Positions 29,694 through 38,335 of a stretch of DNA of 64,000 nucleotides are shown piece by piece. The position numbers and the translations under genes are program-made. Below the pieces are notes generated by a model, which was given only the letters and a program-made list of their open reading frames with translations, did not search any database and had not been told where the DNA came from. The number at the start of each line of letters is the position of its first letter. Position 1 is the first letter of the stretch. The DNA is from an uncultured delta proteobacterium (GTDB lineage Bacteria > Desulfobacterota > Desulfobacteria > Desulfobacterales > UBA5852): positions 64,915 through 128,914 of the forward strand of contig CAWKLN010000001.1 of NCBI GenBank assembly GCA_963850465.1, in the 5' to 3' direction.

Positions 29694-32600
29694 TCAGCCG
29701 GAGGCCTCCGGCGGGTTTTCACCGGGATCGATAATGATGCCCTCCGAGGATTTGCCGTCCACATACAGTTCCAGGGGGCGCGCCAACTGGATATGGCGCA
29801 AATAGGTGGTGCGGGTCAGGGTGGTTTGGTTGGTCAGCCAGTCCCAGCGCAGGAACCCGTGGGCATCACTTTGGAGCGTCAGGTAAAAGATGCCGGATGA
29901 TGTCAGGTTCTGGAAAAAATGCGACCCCTGCGATGGGTCGGCTTGCAGCGTGGGATGGGATGTTTCGATAATGGCACCGACTCCCGAGATGTCTTTCCAG
30001 GTCACCGGAATACCCAGCCAGCGATCGGAGGATCCCCATCGGCCGGGACCGATGAGAAGATAGCGTTTTTGCTGCTGTTGCAGTTCGCTGTTAAGGCGAC
30101 CGATCTCGGCCGCGATAGCGACCGTGTGAGCGGGATTGAATGTTTCCGGATCCACCAGGATAATATCGACCATGTCGCAATTGTGCCCATTGCCCAACGC
30201 CATGCGTGAATGACAGATGGCGGCCGTTTTTTGAGCGTCAGAGATGGACGGGCTGACCTGCTGGTCGAATTGCGGCATGGGGCGGATCTGCAGTAAATGG
30301 AATTCATTGATGCTTTTGGCATTTCCGACCAGGTCCACGCCGAATTCGATTTCGACCGGCCCCCCCATACCCTTCTGACAGACTTCCAGCAGATCGGCAA
30401 GGATGTCCGCCAGAGGAAACAGCCGGTGTTTGAGAATCGGGGCGAAAGTGAGAACCGGATTGCCTTGCCGTGATATGGAATCCCGAATGCGGTTTTCTTC
30501 GGGGATATAGGTGCTGCACATGGCCGCGATGGGCGGATCGTCAAGGCAGTCGTCAATATCCTTTTGCACGATCACGGAGCGGACATCCGCATCCACCTGC
30601 TTGCGGGCGGCCTGCATGTCGATGGCATAAAAAAAGCGCTGCGCATTTTTCAGGATATCATCGACGGTGGAAAACTGAGGCAACAGTTGGGGGTGGGCCG
30701 GGCAGAAACGCAGGGCGCGGCGTTTGGTTTCATCCGACGCATTGAACCCGAGGCAAATCAGGGCAATGCCTTCTTCGGCCGTCATGCGCGAGACCGGATA
30801 AAAATTAAACGAGCTGGCCTGACCGGTAATGGCCGGATAGAACCATCCGTTATGCTCTGTCCCGGTCAGTTTTTGGATCAGAATAGCCATGCGCTCCTGC
30901 TCCAGGCGATGACCCGTGCTGCGGGCATAGGTGCGGGAGCGCTTCAGGTAAGTTGAGGCATAGACGAGTTTGATCGCGCGGACCATCTGTCGACGCCGCA
31001 CCTCAAGGTCGGGATGGCAGTTGGGCAGGATCAACGTGTTATAAAGCCCCGCAAAGGGCTGGTGCTGGGCATCTTCCAGCAGACTGGAGGAGCGCACGGC
31101 CAGGGGATAGCGGGCCTTTTCGAGGAACAGGCTGATCGCATTCGCGACGCTTTCGGGAAGATCACTTTTTAGAAAAACATCCGTCACATGGGGGTCGTCC
31201 TGATCACAGGAGGCCATATCCCGCAAATCATTCTGATCGATGAAGGCATCAAACCCCTCGGTGGAAACGACCATCGTTTTGGGGACCCCAATCGCCACGT
31301 CGGGATAACGCTCGTCCAGATGGCTCAGCGTCCGGATCTGGCTCGCCATGAAAGCCAGCCCCCGGGCCTTGCCGCCCAATGAGCCTCTTCCGATCTTGAC
31401 GAAATCCGCTTCCGGATCATAGTGCTCGGGATCGAAATCCGTGACGACACCGCGCTGGCGTCCCCGGCGCCGTTCCTTCAGGCAGCCCACCAGGTAATGT
31501 TTCAGCTCTTCGGTGTCCGGAAAATCCGATACTTTTACCGGGCGCAGGCGATACGCCATAAAGATTTCCGAACGGGCCATGAGCCAGCCCGAGAAATGAT
31601 TTCGTTTCGCATGGTAGAGGATCGATTCCTTAGGGATATCCGGCAGGATGGTTTCCAATTGCCTCAGATTGGCGGCGCGACCGACCTCATGCCCGTCCGG
31701 CAGGCGGAATACAAAGTCTCCGAAGCCTAAATGTTCCTGAAAGAACCCCCGGATTTCTTGGTGGAGAATCGGGGAGTTTTTGTTGAAAAAGACGGCGGGG
31801 ATGGCGGAAGCCCGTTCCCGGTTGGACTCCTCGGAACTGAAATTCAGCAGGGGGACATCAGGGGTTTCACGTTTCATCAATTGCAACAGCGCGTATCCGG
31901 CATCCGGGTCGATGCGGCCGTTACGCGGAAAGCGCACGTCCGAAAGAACTCCCAACAGATACGGCTGAAAGGTCCGATAGAGTTCCAGGGCTTTTTCGTA
32001 GGTGCTGGCAATGAGAATTTTGGGTCGGGCGCGCATCCGGAAAAACCGGTGCTCCTCGTTGAGGGATTCTTCCATAACAGCCTGGGTCTGGGAGACGATC
32101 TCCTTGTACAGCAGGGGCAGCAGGGATGAGATATACAGCGGCGAATCTTCCACCATGATGATGACCCGCACCCGTGCCCGTTCCGTATCATAGGCCACGT
32201 TCATGGCATCTTCGACGCTTTTGATGATGGCCAGCAGGAGATCGGCGTTGCCGCTCCAGATGAATACCCGGTTGATGCAATCCTCGTTGAAACACTGGGG
32301 ATCGAGACGCATCCAGTTGGGGTCCGGTGTCAGCAGAAATACGGGGATCCGGAGGTGGTCTTTTTTGATACGCCGCCCGAGCTCATGCACCGGCAAATCG
32401 CCGATGCGCGGCATGGTAATGACCATGTCAAAGGGTTTGCGATCCAGTTCCTGAAGGGCTTCCCGGGCGGTCGACACCCAGGTCAGATGGGGGGGACGGG
32501 ACAGATTGAGTCCGCGATATTCCTGGATGATGCGCTGGGCCAGGCGTCCTTCTTCCTCCATGATAAACGCATCATAGGGGCTGGACACCAGCAGGATGTG

Positions 32601-32699
32601 ATTGACCTTGCGGGCCATCAATTCATGGAAGACTTTGAAGGACAGGTCAAAGACGTCCGTCTGATGATTGGTCTGGAGGGGTGGCTGTTTCATCGGCAT
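29694..32699 (-). CDS. PEP/pyruvate-binding (PPDK_N-like) kinase-family protein with N-terminal receiver-like domains
   Basis: GGKARGLAFM ATP-grasp/PPDK_N signature mid-protein. N-terminal CheY-like folds (HILLVSSPYDAFIMEEEG; VIIMVEDSPLY). A PEP-utilising-like domain at the C-terminus. Confidence 0.7.
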   Translation of the reverse strand: MPMKQPPLQTNHQTDVFDLSFKVFHELMARKVNHILLVSSPYDAFIMEEEGRLAQRIIQEYRGLNLSRPPHLTWVSTAREALQELDRKPFDMVITMPRIGDLPVHELGRRIKKDHLRIPVFLLTPDPNWMRLDPQCFNEDCINRVFIWSGNADLLLAIIKSVEDAMNVAYDTERARVRVIIMVEDSPLYISSLLPLLYKEIVSQTQAVMEESLNEEHRFFRMRARPKILIASTYEKALELYRTFQPYLLGVLSDVRFPRNGRIDPDAGYALLQLMKRETPDVPLLNFSSEESNRERASAIPAVFFNKNSPILHQEIRGFFQEHLGFGDFVFRLPDGHEVGRAANLRQLETILPDIPKESILYHAKRNHFSGWLMARSEIFMAYRLRPVKVSDFPDTEELKHYLVGCLKERRRGRQRGVVTDFDPEHYDPEADFVKIGRGSLGGKARGLAFMASQIRTLSHLDERYPDVAIGVPKTMVVSTEGFDAFIDQNDLRDMASCDQDDPHVTDVFLKSDLPESVANAISLFLEKARYPLAVRSSSLLEDAQHQPFAGLYNTLILPNCHPDLEVRRRQMVRAIKLVYASTYLKRSRTYARSTGHRLEQERMAILIQKLTGTEHNGWFYPAITGQASSFNFYPVSRMTAEEGIALICLGFNASDETKRRALRFCPAHPQLLPQFSTVDDILKNAQRFFYAIDMQAARKQVDADVRSVIVQKDIDDCLDDPPIAAMCSTYIPEENRIRDSISRQGNPVLTFAPILKHRLFPLADILADLLEVCQKGMGGPVEIEFGVDLVGNAKSINEFHLLQIRPMPQFDQQVSPSISDAQKTAAICHSRMALGNGHNCDMVDIILVDPETFNPAHTVAIAAEIGRLNSELQQQQKRYLLIGPGRWGSSDRWLGIPVTWKDISGVGAIIETSHPTLQADPSQGSHFFQNLTSSGIFYLTLQSDAHGFLRWDWLTNQTTLTRTTYLRHIQLARPLELYVDGKSSEGIIIDPGENPPEASG

Positions 32700-33024
32700 C
32701 TATCCGATCGTGGGCAACCGGAGTCAAGCGGGAGGCCAACACCTTCCCGGCGGTCAGGGGCATGGTTATGAAGCCTTTGCATAAGGCCGCTTTGTGCTCA
32801 GTTTTCTGCGTCCGACGCAAATCTTAGCTATCAAAATACGAAGGGTATTACTTTGGTCGTAACTTTCCGCGTTCCTTGAGCGGGAATACCGCCCGTGTTT
32901 TTCTAAGGCATCGCCGCATTCGTCGTTGGTATACCCGATTCAGGCGAATCCCACAAGCGATCCCTTTCCTGCTTTCTAAATGAGGATTGTCGCTCCGGGT
33001 TTTTCAGAAAACCCGGCCACCGGC

Positions 33025-33957
33025 TCACCCGTGCGGGGGGGAATAGTGCAGACCCTGCCGGCTGTCGCGCTGCTCGAATATGCGCTGAATCCAATCGAAG
33101 GTTTCACGTTTGCGGAGTGCCCAGTCCGGGGCCACGAGCTCTTTGGGGTGAGGGTCGCCGGTCACACGCTGGATGACCGTCTGGGGCGGGAGGCATTCGA
33201 TGAAATCGCATACCAGGTCGGCGTATTCCTGTTGTTCCAGACAACGAAAGCGCCCCTGGCGATACAGGGTTTCCAGCGGGGTTTCCCGGACGACATACAA
33301 CAGGTGCAGTTTGACACCGTCGATGCCCAGATCCGCCAGGAACTTGGCGGTTGCCAGCATGTCACGGCGGGTTTCACCGGGCAGACCCAGAATGACATGC
33401 GCGCAGACCGGCAGGCCGCGCTGGCGCGTGCGTTTCAGGGCGTCGCTGAAGCAGGCCACATCGTGGCCGCGATGGATTCGGCGGAGGGTCTGGTCGCAGG
33501 CCGACTGCAGTCCGTATTCCACCCATACGAGATAGCGGCGGGCATAACTGGCCAGCAGATCCAGGACCGCATCGTCGGCGCAGTCCGGCCGTGTGCCGAT
33601 CGCCAGACCGATCACATCCGCGACCGACAGGGCTTCATCATACCGGCGGGCCAAGGTTTCAAGCGGGGCATAGGTGTTGGTGTAAGACTGGAAATAGGCC
33701 ATAAACTTGCGGGCTTTGAAGCGGCGTGCAACCGGAATTTTGCTTTGTTCCAGCTGTTCCCGGATGGACAGGCCCCGGGCGAAGGCCCCGGTGCCGGACC
33801 CCTGCGCATTGCAATAGACACAGCCTGTCGTGGACAGGGTTCCGTCCCGGTTGGGGCAGGTCATGCCCGCATCCACGGTGAGCTTGTGGACGCGATGACC
33901 GAATCGTTTCCGGAAGTACGTGTTGAGATCGAGATAGCGTTTTGCCATGGTTTTCAA
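33025..33957 (-). CDS. TIGR01212/YhcC-family radical SAM protein
   Basis: HKLTVDAGMTCPNRDG...GCVYCN Cys motif. The overall sequence matches the family as I recall it. Confidence 0.8.
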   Translation of the reverse strand: MKTMAKRYLDLNTYFRKRFGHRVHKLTVDAGMTCPNRDGTLSTTGCVYCNAQGSGTGAFARGLSIREQLEQSKIPVARRFKARKFMAYFQSYTNTYAPLETLARRYDEALSVADVIGLAIGTRPDCADDAVLDLLASYARRYLVWVEYGLQSACDQTLRRIHRGHDVACFSDALKRTRQRGLPVCAHVILGLPGETRRDMLATAKFLADLGIDGVKLHLLYVVRETPLETLYRQGRFRCLEQQEYADLVCDFIECLPPQTVIQRVTGDPHPKELVAPDWALRKRETFDWIQRIFEQRDSRQGLHYSPPHG

Positions 33958-33975
33958 ACCTGATGAACTCGTAAG

Positions 33976-34129
33976 AAGTCATGTTTTCTACGGTTTTGTA
34001 AAACGTTCGAGATACGGCTTGCGAATCCCGAGGAATACCGCTATCGCGGGTGCCGAAGGCAGCGTACTTAGGTACGCCGCAATGACGAGGGACGAAGCGT
34101 AACGCGGATATCGGACTTTTTACGAAACG
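33976..34129 (+). repeat. Intergenic repeat element, full copy B
   Basis: Homologous to 11481..11613 (see copy A). It carries an extra ~20-nt insert before the GCGTAC/GTACGC hairpin. Confidence 0.75.
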
Positions 34130-34289
34130 TCAAACCTGCCTTGACCTGTTCGGTACGGCAATACTATACGACGACCATCCACCGCCACCGGTGGGGCCAC
34201 GGTGCGTGGCGTGGTTTAACGGAACCGTTTCATAACCTGCGGGCGAATGAAAATCAAAAATAAAACAAGAACGGGATGCTGAAAACCCT

Positions 34290-36160
34290 GTGACATCTTT
34301 TTCACGAACATACGACATCATCGTTATTGGCGCCGGGCACGCCGGCTGTGAAGCGGCTCTGGCGGGGGCACGCATGGGATGCGCTGTTCTTCTGGTGGTT
34401 ATCGATCTGGATAAAGTGGCGGCCATGCCCTGCAGCCCGTCCATCGGGGGGATGGCCAAAGGCCAGTTGGTCAAGGAAATCGATGCGCTCGGTGGCCAGA
34501 TGGCCCGGGTCACCGACCAGACAGCGATTCAGTACCGCACCCTGAACACCAAAAAAGGACCGGCGGTTCACTCGACCCGCACCCAGAACGACAAGGCGCG
34601 TTACCATGCGGCGATGAAAAGCGTTTTGGAGCAGACGCCGCGGCTGGACCTCAAACAGGCCATGATCGAGTGTCTGGTGGTTGAAGACGGGCAGGTCGTG
34701 CGGGGTGACCGGATCATACCGGCTTCGGGTATGGCTGCCGGGCGGTTATTCTGGCCACCGGCACCTTCCTCAGCGGACGGGTCCACATCGGCGACCGCTC
34801 CATCAAGGCCGGCCGGGCCGGTGAATTTGCCAGCTATGCCCTGCCCGCAAACCTGCGTGACCTGGGCTTTGCCATGGGGCGCATGAAAACCGGCACGCCC
34901 CCCCGTCTGCATCGCGCAACGATTGATTTTTCGCGTTTTGAATGCCAGGAACTGCAGGGAGATCCGCGCCCCTTCTCTTTTTTTAGCGACCGCAGTCAAT
35001 TACCCCAGCAATCCAGCTATATCGGGCACACTTCCCAGCACACCCACGATATCGTTCGCCGGAACCTGAATCGCTCCGCACTATACAGCGGTATCATCAA
35101 AGGGACACCCGCGCGCTACTGCCCGTCTTTCGAAGATAAAATCGTTCGATTTCCGGACAAGGACCGTCATCAGATTATTCTGCAACCGGAAGGTCTGGAC
35201 ACGGAGGAAATATACGCCAGCGGGCTGGGCAACAGTCTGCCCGTGGAAGTCCAGCTGGAATTCGTCCACTCGGTGGCGGGGCTGGAGGAGGCTGAGATCA
35301 TGCGGCCGGCCTACGCCATCGAATACGACTACGTCAATCCGGTCCAGCTCAAGCCGACCCTGGAGACCAAGAGGGTTGCCGGCCTATACATGGCGGGACA
35401 GATCAACGGCACCTCCGGGTATGAGGAGGCGGCGGCTCAGGGGTTGTGGGCGGGAATCAACGCCGCCTGCCACCTGCAGGGACGCCCTCCCTTTATCCTG
35501 GACCGCTCACAGGCCTACATGGCCGTCATGATCGACGACCTGGTGACCCGGGGAACCCGCGAACCTTACCGCATGTTTACGTCACGGGCGGAATATCGGC
35601 TGATTCTGAGGGAAGACAACGCGGATTTGCGCCTGATGGAAATCGGCCATGAACTGGGACTCATCGATCAGGCCACGGTCAATGGTCTTGTCGCGCGTCG
35701 TCAGTCCATACAGGATGAAACCCGACGCCTAAAACAGACTGTGATCAAGCCGCTTCCGACCGTCAACGCCTATCTTGAAGAAAAAGGCACCCCCGCCCTG
35801 ATCAGCGGTGTCGCCCTGGATCAATTGCTGAAGCGGGCCGAATTGACCTACGATGCGGTCGAAACGCTGGCACCGCCTGCGGCACCTCTTCTTCCGGCGG
35901 TTACCCGCCAGGTGGAAATAGAAGTGAAATACGAGGGATATATTCAGCGCCAGTTGAAGGAGGCGGAAAAGCTCAAGGATATGGAAAAGGTTCGCATCCC
36001 CGACAGTTTTGATTTTCGGAAGGTGCATGGGTTGTCCAACGAACTCAAAGAAAAATTGTCCGCCATTCACCCCACCTCCATCGGTCAGGCGTCTCGGATC
36101 GAAGGAATTACGCCGGCCGCCATCACGGCTTTGATGGTAACGCTGCGGTCCCTTTCATGA
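34290..36160 (+). CDS. mnmG: tRNA uridine-5-carboxymethylaminomethyl modification enzyme MnmG (GidA); frameshift near 34701-34711
   Basis: [18 protein letters not shown] motif. The conserved [27 protein letters not shown] continues in the frame of ORF 34874..36160. Confidence 0.85.
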
Positions 36161-36619
36161 AAATCCATCGTCTGCGCCGTTCTTGTGCGAACGCCCTGGT
36201 TGTCCCCTCCGAGGCAACTGAATGCTGAAACACGCGAGAAACCATCGCGACACGCCTGGCGTTTGGTGCAGAATGGTATTGGGACCTTCCCGGCATCGTG
36301 CGGGGCACCTACCGCGGTGGGTTGATCCCGATCACCCAGCCTTTGGCCTCTGCCGAGGGCTCGGCGACCACCACCGGTACCGCCCGGACAGCCAGCCGCC
36401 ATTCGTCGGGATGCGAGCAGGTTTTATCGTTAACCGCAGGTTCCATACCATCCGAATTGGGTTGATGTTGCATTGACAGAATAGAAATGCCGATTTATTT
36501 TAAAGAGTTATGATATATAATAACGTTTGCCGCCCTGTCCTCAGAAGACCGGGCGGCCCGATCGACAACGGCATTGCCGACAGTCCCCATGAAACCATCC
36601 GGGGAGAGGAAGGAATCGT

Positions 36620-37534
36620 ATGGCAGATACGGATTATTATGCGGTTTTAGGCGTCAAAAAAGACGCTTCCGATGAAGAAATCAAGAAAGCTTACCGCCGT
36701 ATGGCTTTGAAATACCACCCCGATCACGCCAAGGGGGATCCGCAAGCGGAGGACCAGTTCAAGAAGTTAAGCGAAGCCTACGCGGTTCTGAGCGATAAGG
36801 AGAAACGTCGTCAGTATGATCGCTTCGGTTCAGAGGGGTTTCGCCAACAGTATTCCCAGGAAGACATTTTCCAGAATTTCGATTTCGGCAATATATTTCG
36901 CGAATTCGGTTTTGGCGGCGGTTTTACCACCGGCAAGCAGGGCGGTGTGCGATTTTCTTTCGGGCGTGGAGATTCACCTTTTGACTTCGGCGCGGGGGGG
37001 CGTCCGGCCGCCCGAGGCTCCGATTTGGAATATGAGTTGGCGTTGACCATACAGGAGGTTGCCACCGGAACCAACAAGACGCTGGACTTTCAACATGAAG
37101 GACGTTCCGAACGTTTGACGGTTAAGATCCCTAAAGGCATGATCACCGGGAAGAAATTGCGTCTGGCCGGGAAAGGCGCCCCCAGTCCGATGGGTGGTCC
37201 TCCGGGAGATCTGTATGTCCGCGCCCTGGTGAAACCCGATAGCCGATATGCGCTTGACGGCTACGATGTGCTTGACTACCGGGATGTCAAATTGACGGAA
37301 GCGGTGTTGGGAACCACGCTATCTGTCCCCACCCTGGACGGTAAATCGATGAACGTGAAGATCCCTCCGGGAACCCGGCATGGCACCCGTATGCGGCTTG
37401 CCGGACACGGAATTCCACAGATGCGGGATGGCGGACGCGGTGACCTGTTTGTGGTTGTTCAGGTGATACTGCCGAAGCAATTGTCCGAGGAGCAGCAGCA
37501 ATTGTTCGAAAAATTGGCAGCAAGCGGACTGTAA
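36620..37534 (+). CDS. cbpA: J-domain co-chaperone without zinc finger (CbpA/DnaJ class II-like)
   Basis: DYYAVLGV...YHPD J domain, a G/F-rich linker and a DnaJ_C substrate-binding part. No CxxCxGxG repeats. Confidence 0.8.
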   Translation: MADTDYYAVLGVKKDASDEEIKKAYRRMALKYHPDHAKGDPQAEDQFKKLSEAYAVLSDKEKRRQYDRFGSEGFRQQYSQEDIFQNFDFGNIFREFGFGGGFTTGKQGGVRFSFGRGDSPFDFGAGGRPAARGSDLEYELALTIQEVATGTNKTLDFQHEGRSERLTVKIPKGMITGKKLRLAGKGAPSPMGGPPGDLYVRALVKPDSRYALDGYDVLDYRDVKLTEAVLGTTLSVPTLDGKSMNVKIPPGTRHGTRMRLAGHGIPQMRDGGRGDLFVVVQVILPKQLSEEQQQLFEKLAASGL

Positions 37535-37801
37535 CCAATCAAATTCATTGACAACTCATAGATATTTTAATAACTATAGCGAAGTAAACCATCAGTTTTT
37601 AAGCTAAAATTACTGAAGTGTACCCTTACGGAATCGACGAGGGGGGCTGTTGTGTGTATGCGCCATCGATGTCCGGGCAGGGTGATGCAGAAATATTTTT
37701 TAGGCGGCCATTCATGTCAAAATCGGCTGTGTGTCATTTGGATCACCGAAACCCTAACGGGTTGTGCTGGCATGAATACCACGCAGTGTTAAAAGCCAAT
37801 T

Positions 37802-38320
37802 ATGTCTGAATTTATTCCAGTGCTGACCAAAGAAGAGATCGAAGTTCAGGTCAGCCTTATCGCCCAGCGCATTTCAACCGACTACAAGGACCGCGAATTG
37901 ATTCTTATCGGCATTTTAAAAGGTGCCTTTATTTTCCTGTCCGATCTGATCCGTCAGTTATCCATCCCCGTGAAAGTAGACTTTATGTGTGTTTCCAGCT
38001 ATGGTGACAGTACGTCTTCTTCGGGCCGGATCAAGCTGACCAAAGACGTCGATATCGAAATAAAAAATAAAGATATCTTGATTGTTGAAGATATTGTGGA
38101 TACCGGGCTCACGTTGTCGTACCTGGTGGACTATCTTAAAACTTCCGGGGCGGCCTCCGTCCGCATCTGTACTCTGATTGACAAACGGGAAAGACGGGAA
38201 ACCGATGTGACTGCCGATTATGCCTGCCATACGGTCGAAAAAGGGTTTCTCGTCGGTTACGGGCTAGATTACGCCGAGTTCTATCGAAACCTGCCCGAAG
38301 TCTATCACTTGAAATTATAA
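37802..38320 (+). CDS. hpt: Hypoxanthine phosphoribosyltransferase
   Basis: 172 aa, PRPP-binding motif ILIVEDIVDTGLT. Confidence 0.9.
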   Translation: MSEFIPVLTKEEIEVQVSLIAQRISTDYKDRELILIGILKGAFIFLSDLIRQLSIPVKVDFMCVSSYGDSTSSSGRIKLTKDVDIEIKNKDILIVEDIVDTGLTLSYLVDYLKTSGAASVRICTLIDKRERRETDVTADYACHTVEKGFLVGYGLDYAEFYRNLPEVYHLKL

Positions 38321-38335
38321 CCGTTGGGGTGTGCC

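Noticed and set aside
37535-37801. Possible purine riboswitch upstream of hpt
   Set aside because: I could not find the conserved purine-riboswitch junction elements (UAUAAU...CCGUAAAU-like) or a three-way junction. Only a TTGACA box is visible.
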